Origin: Candidatus Kerfeldbacteria bacterium | Lineage (GTDB): Bacteria > Patescibacteriota > Patescibacteriia > UBA10025 > JAHIVO01 | Assembly: GCA_047946875.1 (NCBI GenBank) | Contig: CP181398.1 | Span: 969,041-1,033,040, forward strand | Direction of reading: 5' to 3' | DNA length: 64,000 bases | Shown here: positions 31,014 through 41,300 of the stretch, piece by piece | Position numbering within the stretch: position 1 is the stretch's first letter | Layout of the letters: each line of letters begins with the position of its first letter | The notes under the pieces: model-generated | The model's database searches: none | Told to the model about the DNA's origin: nothing | Seen by the model: the letters and a program-made list of their open reading frames with translations, nothing else | Translations under genes and position numbers: made by a program

Positions 31014-31745
31014 TTACCACCAATAAAAAAAAGTGGCGCAGCTATACCATTCAGGACTGCATACAGATGGAATAATGGGATTACCGTTATTATGAACCAC
31101 ATTCTCATATGCAACGAGGTGTAAATGTTCCGTGAATCCCCCAGGCGAATTACCAAGCCAACCAATATGTTGACCAGCTCTAACGTATTGACCAACTCCT
31201 ACTACACTTGCTAGGATCAAATGTGCATAACGAACCGCTACATGACGTCCAGCATCATAAATCACAACGCAATTACCATAGCCTCCTGAATTACCGGCTT
31301 TCACAACCTTACCGCTTATTCCTGCATAAATTGGCTTAGCCCATTGTGATCCATCATAACGACTGAAATCTCGAGCATGCCAATCAGCACCAGTATGTGA
31401 ATTTAATCTGCGCCCACATGCAGTAATAGTGCCGCCACCTGTTTTCCAGCCTTCATCACCTCTCCACCAATTTGGATGTTCATATCTACCAAATGGCCAA
31501 GCAATACCTAGAGCAGCGTATCTTTTTGCTGCACCTCCCTCAATATCAACATCCCCTATTATGGCGCCTGAATCAATCGAAATTGTGTCAGCCTGAAACG
31601 CCATATCATCGGGATAAACTGGTAAATCCAAACTAATCTCGGATGACTCAATCGGATTCTCATTTTCACTGCAACCCTGCACCAAAGCAAGGGTCGCGAC
31701 CATTGCGATCACGCTTAACGCAATCAATAATTTCTTAAGTAACAT
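31014..31745 (-). CDS. M23 family peptidase, putative lipoprotein
   Basis: Lipobox-like VQGC; H..RD, GYGNCVVI, YAHL and HLH motifs; AAGGAGGT RBS. Confidence 0.85.
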   Translation of the reverse strand: MLLKKLLIALSVIAMVATLALVQGCSENENPIESSEISLDLPVYPDDMAFQADTISIDSGAIIGDVDIEGGAAKRYAALGIAWPFGRYEHPNWWRGDEGWKTGGGTITACGRRLNSHTGADWHARDFSRYDGSQWAKPIYAGISGKVVKAGNSGGYGNCVVIYDAGRHVAVRYAHLILASVVGVGQYVRAGQHIGWLGNSPGGFTEHLHLVAYENVVHNNGNPIIPSVCSPEWYSCATFFYWW

Positions 31746-31883
31746 TTCTGTTACCTCCTTTGATAAGTTTAAGTTAAATTATACAATTTCTGTGAGCTTA
31801 AACGTTAATCATTAAGGAGTAGCCCACGCAACTCCCAAATAACTATTGATAACATAGCACCTGCCTTTCTACTCTTTTTTAAG

Positions 31884-31906
31884 ATTTAAAGAACTGTTTT
31901 TTGTTT
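31884..31906. repeat. 23-bp direct repeat, copy 1
   Basis: ATTTAAAGAACTGTTTTTTGTTT, identical at 32360-32382. Confidence 0.8.
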
Positions 31907-31938
31907 GGTTAATTATTTTATATTTTATATAAAACCAT

Positions 31939-32313
31939 TTACTTAATATAAATATCTTTTTTCACTCCACAAAATTCAATAATAATATTTTCTTTTTTTG
32001 GAAACAAGACCCCATATTCTAAATTTGAATCAAGTGATAAGGTAATATTTACAGTATCTGATTTTATAGCCACACTACATTCTTCTTGACTACTATTTTT
32101 TAGTATTGCAGATACATCTGTCCATTTGCTTATATTTTTTTCAAAAAGATCCTTTGGATCTGTTACAATATCTAGTCCTTCCGTTGTATAAGTAATATCA
32201 ATATAATTAAATTCATCTACAAAAAAACTTGGTATCCAGAACATAAAAAAAGCTAATAGCCCCATAAAAATTACTGCCACAGAACCAATTAATAAGTTTT
32301 TTTTATTTTTCAT
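31939..32313 (-). CDS. Hypothetical membrane-anchored protein
   Basis: Basic N-terminus plus TM helix; two Cys. Confidence 0.6.
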   Translation of the reverse strand: MKNKKNLLIGSVAVIFMGLLAFFMFWIPSFFVDEFNYIDITYTTEGLDIVTDPKDLFEKNISKWTDVSAILKNSSQEECSVAIKSDTVNITLSLDSNLEYGVLFPKKENIIIEFCGVKKDIYIK

Positions 32314-32359
32314 AAATAATTTACAATAAATTTAATTAATATAGATTAGGTGAATTGAA

Positions 32360-32382
32360 ATTTAAAGAACTGTTTTTTGTTT
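32360..32382. repeat. 23-bp direct repeat, copy 2
   Basis: Identical to 31884-31906. Confidence 0.8.
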
Positions 32383-32384
32383 AA

Positions 32385-32690
32385 TTAATTGTTTTCCCTG
32401 TCTAAATAATTATTATCTTTATTTGCTTGTTTAATTAATTTTCTAAATAATATTTGATAAATAATCATTACTGTTGAATACACTCCAATAACAACATAAA
32501 TCATACTTTTTGAATTCGTTAGATCTGAAAGATTCGACACAACTAAAAAAAATATTATAGTTACTAAAAATCCAAAAATTATCAATATAGCAAGTTTATT
32601 ATTTTTAAACTTTGCGTATGTCCGTAACAATGCAAACAAAACAAATGTATAGATGATTATAATTCCTAAAATTGACCAAAAATCTAACAT
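32385..32690 (-). CDS. Small 3-TM membrane protein (candidate immunity protein)
   Basis: Three hydrophobic segments; directly downstream of the Cys-rich precursor gene. Confidence 0.55.
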   Translation of the reverse strand: MLDFWSILGIIIIYTFVLFALLRTYAKFKNNKLAILIIFGFLVTIIFFLVVSNLSDLTNSKSMIYVVIGVYSTVMIIYQILFRKLIKQANKDNNYLDRENN

Positions 32691-32796
32691 ATTTTTAAAC
32701 TAATTAATTTTTTTAAAATAATATATACATATATATATTATATAGGGAGCAAACTTACGTTTGCCCCCTAGAGAGTAAAGTGATTAGCATTTACAA

Positions 32797-33411
32797 TTAA
32801 TATTTGCATATAATAAATGCACAGAGCCAAGCAGAAAAACCACAAATGCCAGTAACACATGGGTACCAAAATGGTCCAGCATAAATGCAACCAATGGCAC
32901 CACCTCCACATTTATCAAGAACACATAGCCAGAAGCAGCTCCACCAAGACGAAGCTGCCGCTTTGGACATAATGCCTTTCTTTGACACATTATAAGTCGT
33001 GCCTACAGCAGTCTCACTATCAATAACATTTACTTCAGTTACATCAACCGATACTACTTCATTCTCTTCAATGAAACGTAACAGATAAAAACTACTATCA
33101 TTTTTTCCCTTAAATGGAATAATAATACCAGTAATACCTTCCGACTGACCACCAATTGCCTGATCATAGTTCACCTCATAACCACGATCACTTAATTCTT
33201 TCACAGCAACTATTGTCATTTCATTTGCTTTTACATACGCTATTGCGTCACTAAGCTGTTGTTCATCTAACAACCCATCATATTGTGAAGCAATAGGATT
33301 ATGTTGAGATGAATCATTGTCAGAACAACCAACAGTCATTAGTATCATAGAAAACATCGCCAGTGTCATGAAACCCATGGCGAACTTTTTAAAAACAGTA
33401 TTTGTCAGCAT
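32797..33411 (-). CDS. Putative lipoprotein precursor with a C-terminal Cys-rich hydrophobic peptide
   Basis: TVGC lipobox; the last ~50 aa contain 8 Cys; AAGGAG RBS. Confidence 0.7.
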   Translation of the reverse strand: MLTNTVFKKFAMGFMTLAMFSMILMTVGCSDNDSSQHNPIASQYDGLLDEQQLSDAIAYVKANEMTIVAVKELSDRGYEVNYDQAIGGQSEGITGIIIPFKGKNDSSFYLLRFIEENEVVSVDVTEVNVIDSETAVGTTYNVSKKGIMSKAAASSWWSCFWLCVLDKCGGGAIGCIYAGPFWYPCVTGICGFSAWLCAFIICKY

Positions 33412-33700
33412 GACAATACTCCTTAAATAAAAACATTTACCGTAGGCTCTTTATTTTTAAATATCATTCGTAAGAAGCGACCCACGTTATCTTCTTACTA
33501 ATTAAAAATAAATTTTAGCACCACACCTCTCTTTCTTCACTTTTTTAATGATCATTTTTGGTTTTATTTGTTGCTATCCACAGATTTTTCCGACGGCAAT
33601 TTCATGCGACGGCTCATTTTATCGTTGAAATAATATTTTGTTTCATTGATTTTTTTTAGCTTCACTTAATTACCTAGCCGTCTCTTTTTTATTTCTCAAT

Positions 33701-33746
33701 GTTCATTTCTACCTTTATTTTAGCACAAAAAACGACCTTAGTAAAT
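33701..33746 (-). promoter_or_regulatory. Conserved promoter, copy 3
   Basis: TTTACT-17-TAAAAT with shared TTTTTTGTGC spacer and AGGTAGAAA. Confidence 0.65.
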
Positions 33747-33805
33747 TATACAAGGATAAAATAAATTACTTTTTTTATTAAATACTAGTTAGTAATAATA
33801 AAATA

Positions 33806-35953
33806 TTATAAGTTTTCTTGATACCATGCTTCATATTCCCCTTGCGTCCAATCAGTTCCAACTGGAGAATATGCGGCTGGAGGATCACATGGATCCGGTC
33901 CACCAAGAAAAAGAGACGCAACAAGATAGGTAAGGTCCGCAACCGACACTCGTGTATCCAAATCAACATTTGCAGCTGCATAAGGGTAAGGCGCTATTCC
34001 TCCTGTAAATAAATACGAAACAAGGAACGTAACATCAGCAATATTAATACTCCCACTATTATCTACATCACCGCACATGATGTTATTATTGACGATCATG
34101 TTGGTAAAAATAAAACTGGAATTATTAGGCGCGCCGTAAGGAGCACCTGCATTATCATATACGCGTGCCTGTACAAATTCCAAACCATTCAAGACCTCGC
34201 GAGAATCAAAAACTCCCTCATAGGGTACGATAGCATCCGTACCAAGAGAAACTAATCCGCTACGAAAAAAATCCACTTTTTCTATTCCTGAAAGATCGGA
34301 TGCAGAAACAACCAGTGGAACCAAACCAGATACTTCTGTTCCCATTTTCGGAGATGTGAATAACGCTGTTGGTGGATCAAAATCTGTTTTACCGATAATA
34401 ACAGTAACATTCATATACGAATTTTCCGGATTTCCGGAATCTTCAAAAACTTCATCAACTTGAACGACAGTACCGGTAACCGGATCAGTAAATGAAAACA
34501 GTTCCGGTAAAATCTCCGGGCACCCAGAATCACCAGGAGTTATATCCAAAAGCCAGGAACGTGCCGGATCAACCAACCCGTACTCACGACCATTAACATG
34601 TAACAAAGCACCGCCAAGTATGGAACAACTCAAATCACTGTCCGTGCCGTACGGCTGGCGAAATTCGAGATACAAATAATCTCCGGGAGTCCGTGGAATC
34701 TTTAATGCTTTAATTTCCTGTGCGCCGCCTGTCACCGGTGTTTCAATCGGCTTTAAAGTGAAAGTGCCGCTCTCTGATGCTTCATGAATTTGATAGGTAT
34801 CATTAAACCAACCCATATATTCTTTGTGTACTGAATTGAAATGGCCCGAAAATCCTCTTCCCATAATATCGTACCAATCTCCATATTCTGAAAGTTCACA
34901 ATTTTCATAATCAAGTGTAATAATTTCTTCACCACAATCAATAAAACTTGCATGACGAGCTCCGAGCCCATGTCCAAGCTCATGGCCCGGAACGTAATAA
35001 CTCGTATACGTCATATACACCGAACGGACCACCTGTATTGAAAATGGCGTAACACCGTCATCTGTAGGATGAGGGGATTTACCGATAGTTGATAAACCCG
35101 CCCACGCACAACTGGATTCTACGGGCACAACAATCATTACGTGGTCATACTGCGTAAAATCAACATCAGGATCCACTAAATTTATTGTTGCATCATATAT
35201 CTCATTAAAACCACATGTATGATTAATCGGAAGTGTGGACCATCCTTCCGCCAGACCCAAGAGTGTCTCACCACTCAGATTCATCTGATTGAATGACACT
35301 TCCTGATAATATTCATTTATTGATCCAAAAACTACCTGATCTATCTCTGCGTTCGTAATGCTTGGCAGTTCTGTATCTTGAAAATTCGCCGGTATTACCA
35401 AAACCCGCTGTTCACCAAGCACGGAATCTCGTTCACCGGATTTTAATTGAGCTATGCCGGTTTTACTCTCTTCATTTTCATCTATAATATTCTCAATCAA
35501 AAGCGTGTTGTTCCCCACATCATACCCAGTAACCAACATAGTGGTTCCGGATATTAATCCTGGTTCTGATTCACTTGTAAAAAAGAGTTGATATTTAACG
35601 CCGTCATCAGTATGTAAGAAAAATTCACTCCACGCTGTATTCTTATCAAAATCATCATAAGCAACTTCCTGTAATATTCCTTGTAATGTGATAATACTAC
35701 CACTACATTCTTCCATATCTACAGTTTTGTATGACTGGTCAATTATATCTAAACGTATATTGCTGCTAGCCCACTGATCCGTATTTACAGAAGGACACCT
35801 GCTGATTTCTTGATTCACGTGATCAATCCGACTGCTGAACATTCCAATAATTATTCCCGCCGCCAAACACAAAGATGTAGCCATCATAACTGCAATAATA
35901 ATTTTTTCTTCAATGGAAACTTTAGTTTTTACCTGCATTTGGATTAATTCCAT
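33806..35953 (-). CDS. M11-like zinc metallopeptidase with Ig-like domain and dockerin
   Basis: Signal anchor; HELGHGLGARH and DIMG Met-turn; duplicated EF-hand-like GDVDNSGSINIADVTFLVSYLF. Confidence 0.85.
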   Translation of the reverse strand: MELIQMQVKTKVSIEEKIIIAVMMATSLCLAAGIIIGMFSSRIDHVNQEISRCPSVNTDQWASSNIRLDIIDQSYKTVDMEECSGSIITLQGILQEVAYDDFDKNTAWSEFFLHTDDGVKYQLFFTSESEPGLISGTTMLVTGYDVGNNTLLIENIIDENEESKTGIAQLKSGERDSVLGEQRVLVIPANFQDTELPSITNAEIDQVVFGSINEYYQEVSFNQMNLSGETLLGLAEGWSTLPINHTCGFNEIYDATINLVDPDVDFTQYDHVMIVVPVESSCAWAGLSTIGKSPHPTDDGVTPFSIQVVRSVYMTYTSYYVPGHELGHGLGARHASFIDCGEEIITLDYENCELSEYGDWYDIMGRGFSGHFNSVHKEYMGWFNDTYQIHEASESGTFTLKPIETPVTGGAQEIKALKIPRTPGDYLYLEFRQPYGTDSDLSCSILGGALLHVNGREYGLVDPARSWLLDITPGDSGCPEILPELFSFTDPVTGTVVQVDEVFEDSGNPENSYMNVTVIIGKTDFDPPTALFTSPKMGTEVSGLVPLVVSASDLSGIEKVDFFRSGLVSLGTDAIVPYEGVFDSREVLNGLEFVQARVYDNAGAPYGAPNNSSFIFTNMIVNNNIMCGDVDNSGSINIADVTFLVSYLFTGGIAPYPYAAANVDLDTRVSVADLTYLVASLFLGGPDPCDPPAAYSPVGTDWTQGEYEAWYQENL

Positions 35954-36011
35954 AAATTTTTATCATCATACAAATAAAATTCTGCTTAATATCAATCTAC
36001 AGACTATTTTA

Positions 36012-38339
36012 TTATCTATACACTGGTCTTGGACAACATGGATGACCATCATTCGCAGGATTATCACAATTAACAGCACATTCACAAGAACGATTTACAG
36101 TATCACATTGATAATCACTAGGACAGCCACAATCAGTACAATCTGTTTCAGTTAGTTCACCGTCAATACATATCTTCCCAGTATCACCCGGTATATTACA
36201 TTCTCCTGGTAAAACACCATCTTCACAAATTTGTTCACAATAACCTTCATCAGTACATACATCTCCCGCGTCTACACAGAGTCCTTCATGATCTCCACAG
36301 GCAAAACAATGAGCCCAAGAATCAAAACCACACGTACGATCACCACAGCTACTTACAGCTGGCACACTTTCACAATAAGCATCAGCTGTACCGGCACCAA
36401 CGCAAGTATCTACGGTACACCAATCATCATCAGCACAATCTTTATTGACTTTACAAAGAAATTCTACTTCTACGGTCAGTTTTCTTTCTTCCATTGGTAC
36501 ACTATCATCGGAAACAGATAGAGGTGTAATTACTACGCCTGTTTCTAAATCGGTCCATGAGTTATTAAGTTGAAGGGCTACATTTTTACTTGCACCATGA
36601 TACCAACCTCCACAACCACCATAAGGAGGATCGCAAAGATCAAGAAGAAATGATTTATGGCTATATGGATAATCAATTCCCATTGAACGTTCTGTGGTAT
36701 GAATAAGTGCACCTGTAAGAAGATTAGAACTAGTAACTGAGGTTTCATCAAAACCAATTGGCTGGCGATACTCAACATATATATAATGATTATCCCCACG
36801 GGGTATTTTTAGTGCTTTGAGTTTTAATCTGTCAGCAATCTCAATTGGATATAGTTCATATGTTCCACTATTAGTAATAGTCTGAATTTCAATAACGTTC
36901 ATCCAGCCCGTTGCATCTTTATGAAGCGCGTTGTAATGAGACATTGTGACATAACCCATTGCATCGTGGAGATCTAAGGCTTCGTCAATACCACCAGCAA
37001 AAACACATTCACTTAATGGCGTTGTAAATGTATTACAGCGAAGAACCGCTGCATGTTTATTACCAAGATTGTGTCCAAGTTCATGACCTAAATAATGAGC
37101 ACTTTTTCTAAAATCATAATCATAACCAACCGCACCTTCTGCAACAGGAAAATCAAGCGCCCTAACTGTTACACGGCCTATTTGATACTCATCACCAGGC
37201 TCTGTACCAGGTATAGTAATAGCATCTTGATCAACTGACCCAATACTTGCCATTCCAGCCCAAGTACATGAATCTCCATTACTCTTTCGCCATGGTGCAA
37301 TAATTACCAAATGATCATATTCCGTAAAGTCAATACTATCATCAGCATCATAGGCTTCTTGCATGGACTGCTCATAAAAAGATATATAAACTTCACATGA
37401 TACATCCAAATCAATCTTGTACCTAGAATTTGGATTTGTGGGATAAATATCAGCTGAGGCTGTAGGGTTTGCTATTCCAGCAAAGTGCAGTTGATCATAT
37501 GAGTTTTCTACATAGTAATCATTAATATTGTCCATTACTTTTCCAATAGTTTCATGTTCAGGGCTTGTTTCAGAGGTATTAGCAAAATCAACTTTCAAGA
37601 TTATTGTTTTACGCTCACCAGTAACTGACTTGTCGGATTTCTCTAATGTTACCCTATAACCTGAGAGGTTCTCTGAAGACTTTTCAGCTAGGTTATTTGC
37701 TCCGTCAAATAATAGCTTGTCATCCAATACATAACCAACAATTTGAGCGATGGTTCTTGAGGTTGTAATATACTTTGGTGATACTGATGGAAAGAGGCTT
37801 ATTGAACTGTCATCATCTGTAACAAAGGTATATGAGTCTTTACTGATGCCTTCTTCAAAATTATCAAAAGTATTTATATAAACCTTTCCGTCATACGTAG
37901 TTAATATTTCTGAACAATTAGTAGCATAGGTATTTACTTTATCAAGCTCTGCTTTGGTAAATACTGATTCTAAAGCTGCAGATGAATCCATCTGCATTAG
38001 ATCTGATAAAAGCTGTTTTCTGATAATAATAAGGGATTGGATTGTACTGACATTCTTCCCTGCTGCCAAGGCTGCTCTGAGATCAGTATTTACTTTGTTC
38101 ATTGAGCTTATCATCTCCTTAATATCAGTACTGTCTACTACTGGTTTTTCTAATATCAATGGTTTTGACTCAGCACACGTTACTTTTACTATCCTTTGTT
38201 CAACAGTTGTAATTGGTGAACTAAAAAACCCTGCAATAATCCCTGTTGCCAAACACAAAGACGCTCCCATCATTACGGCAACAACAATTTTTTCTTCAAT
38301 AGAAACTTTGGTTTTTACCTGTTGTTGATCTAATTTCAT
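36012..38339 (-). CDS. M11-like zinc metallopeptidase with Cys-rich C-terminus
   Basis: HELGHNLGNKH, DAMG and YVEYRQPIGFD motifs; ends CCPRPVYR. Confidence 0.85.
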   Translation of the reverse strand: MKLDQQQVKTKVSIEEKIVVAVMMGASLCLATGIIAGFFSSPITTVEQRIVKVTCAESKPLILEKPVVDSTDIKEMISSMNKVNTDLRAALAAGKNVSTIQSLIIIRKQLLSDLMQMDSSAALESVFTKAELDKVNTYATNCSEILTTYDGKVYINTFDNFEEGISKDSYTFVTDDDSSISLFPSVSPKYITTSRTIAQIVGYVLDDKLLFDGANNLAEKSSENLSGYRVTLEKSDKSVTGERKTIILKVDFANTSETSPEHETIGKVMDNINDYYVENSYDQLHFAGIANPTASADIYPTNPNSRYKIDLDVSCEVYISFYEQSMQEAYDADDSIDFTEYDHLVIIAPWRKSNGDSCTWAGMASIGSVDQDAITIPGTEPGDEYQIGRVTVRALDFPVAEGAVGYDYDFRKSAHYLGHELGHNLGNKHAAVLRCNTFTTPLSECVFAGGIDEALDLHDAMGYVTMSHYNALHKDATGWMNVIEIQTITNSGTYELYPIEIADRLKLKALKIPRGDNHYIYVEYRQPIGFDETSVTSSNLLTGALIHTTERSMGIDYPYSHKSFLLDLCDPPYGGCGGWYHGASKNVALQLNNSWTDLETGVVITPLSVSDDSVPMEERKLTVEVEFLCKVNKDCADDDWCTVDTCVGAGTADAYCESVPAVSSCGDRTCGFDSWAHCFACGDHEGLCVDAGDVCTDEGYCEQICEDGVLPGECNIPGDTGKICIDGELTETDCTDCGCPSDYQCDTVNRSCECAVNCDNPANDGHPCCPRPVYR

Positions 38340-38366
38340 ATTTCTTTTCTTTTCTTCATATGAAAA

Positions 38367-41300
38367 TTAATCCATTCCTCCAGCTGGATCTGTACCTGCA
38401 CAAGCTGGATCAGGTTTACGTGGATTATAGTTACTACACTCTGGATCATCTGGTTGTGGTGTTGGTGCTTCACACTGACCACTAGCACATGAGCCCATGC
38501 ACTGTAGTGGTACTCCAACACATTCATCCCATCCCGGATGATATTGATCACTACAATAATATTCCATATATTGAGTTGAATTTACACATGTTATTTCATT
38601 ATATTCATCTTTATCATAACATTTACCAAATTCTGTAGGATTAAATCCTCCACAATCTCCTCCATCACACCAATTATCAGAATCATAACAAACACAGTTA
38701 GAACCAGCACAACCAATTGCACATGTCCAAAGTTCTGCTGGTTCACAGCCACTTGTACCACATTGATAGCCTTGGACATTACCTGCATTACATGTTTGAG
38801 AATGGTAACCAGCTAAATCAGTACAAGATGTTACAACGCTTTGTAAATCTGGGTCACGATAATCAATCCAACCGTCACAATCATCATCAAGATAGTTTAG
38901 GCACACTTCGTTATCGCTGCAATCCCAATCGTGATAAAAGTAAATATCATCATTATCGTTACCATTCACCCCATATGCATTCCACACTATTCGATTTTCA
39001 GAAATTGCCATATATCCCAAAGATATATATGGATCTGATGATCCACTCATTAATTCAGTAAGTCCTGCTGCTGTATTATCAAGATCATATAAATACAGTG
39101 GATTATCATCATTAAAATAAGAAGCTTTTAACAATATAATCTTTGAACCATCAATATCTAGTGCTTCTATATGGCCCTCGGGAATGCTATAAATCAATTG
39201 TTGGCCTGCTGTAGGGTTTGACAAATCATATAGATAAAGTTTGTTATAATTCTTCCAAATGATAGTATTGCCAGAAATTCTAGCAAACGCACCATCAGAT
39301 TCGGCTATCAGCTGCTTACCGGCAGCGGGATTGGATAGGTCAAACATATATATATACGGATTTTCGTCTCCCCAATCAACCCACACTATCTTACCTTCAT
39401 CGATATCTAATAAGTGTCTCTCTGCTTCAGTTCCAGGGAGTTGTTGGACTCCAGCAGCGGGATTGGATAGGTCGTAGTGGTAAATAAAATAGACTTCCCA
39501 CAAACCAGTTTCCGACCAAATGATATTATCACCTGATATTTCAAGTACATCAAGCTCATACAAATTAGAATCAGCTATCTGTTGAACACCAGCTCCTGGA
39601 TTAGATAGATTATAATAGTAAATAAAACCAGCTGTAGTCCACACTACATTATCACCCGAAATAGATAAATTAGTAACATACCAATCGGCGGATAAAGCAA
39701 TACTTTGAATTCCCTCTTGCGGATTATCAAAATCAAAGGTGTCTATATAGGTATCATCATAATTATATCTAGCCCACACTGCACGACTACCCGATATATC
39801 TGGCTTGATGTTATGTTCCCAGTCCCCATCAACTGTGTAGCCATATCCATGCGTTAATTTTGCTGGACCACGAGATGCAAGCTGTATCGGCGTATCATAT
39901 ACAAATCCCCCTATTGCAGAATTGACTGATAAACGAATTGTGTAGTCACCAATTGGCACATTCAATATATTCCATTCACCAAGAATGCCATCTATTACTG
40001 GTGTTGTGACTAGACCTCCTATTGCTACCCAATCATCTTTGCCTGTTTCGCTATATAAAAGCTGATATGATGTTTGAGGAAAACCAACTGTGGCAGCATG
40101 TGCTGTTCCCGTGATAGTTATTGTATCCAGCAGCAATTCCTGCGGATACAGATATGTATACAAAGCTGGACTAGTAATTTCAGCAACCTCAGTGACAGGG
40201 AATGGATATAATCCATTTACTTCAGCAGCGGCCTGAATTTCTGCAAAATGTGGTGTGCCATTAATAATAATTCCGTCATCATCGTCAAGTACTATAAGGT
40301 CAAATAATGCATAAGGGATATTAGGTGAATTTGCAAGTACGGTCGACATTACCAAACTCTCTGCTATATCTACACCAAGCATTTGACGTAACTGCCATGC
40401 AAAACCAACCCATGCCTGTCCCAGCCTATGAACTTCATCAACTCCGCCCTGGGGGTATTGATAATCATTTTCAGCAGTACGAATGTAAGTATCTTCTCCG
40501 AAAAAACCTTCACCAATAATCGGCTGATCAGTTGCATAAGTAGCAAAAATATCTGCCCACCCTTCTGATAAACCAATTCCTGCGTTAGTATCTGGTATGC
40601 CACCGGCCATATGGTCAATAAAATGACCGTATTCATGATATAGTATTGTATCATACGCACTATATATACAGCTTTGACCTAGCCATTGATCATATCCTGC
40701 GCGATAAAAACCTATTTCCTGGTCATCGTCGTTGTATGCAAAATATGCATTACATAATGTACTGCAACAACCAGACGTTCTATTTACTAACGCCCGTAAA
40801 GGAATATCTATTCCCGTCAATGGCACTGGCAAATGTTCCTGTGCCCAATCATGTATATATGTCGTGTGGTAATAGGCATTCACCTGCGACGTTAAAGACT
40901 CGTTATTACCATCTGGATTAAATGGTAGGTCAATTGATACACCGGGATCAGCCGACTCATCAAATTCAATGTTTTCTGCGCCACTCAAGGAATACACAGC
41001 AGCCCATTGACCAAATAATTGTGCCTGTACGTTTGTTGGACTCGTTTCAGTCGGGAATATAAAGCTACCATCGTCATTGGTAAACTGCTCACTCCCTGAT
41101 GTTGTTGAAACGGTTAAATCATCGAGTTCAAAATTCGTCAGATCGTCTAACGTCACTAATGGATCAAATAAAACGCCGCGGCCATGAACAGAACCCTGGA
41201 TAGTGGCGTACAGACGCTTATCACGGACTCGGGCAGCGCCAGTGTGTTTATCTACGAATACTGTTTCAACTGCTTCTTCATACTGTACTTTTTGCAACTT

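Noticed and set aside
30953-31195. N-terminal extension of ORF 30362..31195
   Set aside because: It overlaps the M23 gene and its hairpin; a better start lies at 30952.
35830-35953. Type IV prepilin cleavage motif in KVSIEEKI
   Set aside because: It lacks the G|F...E pattern; treated as a signal anchor.
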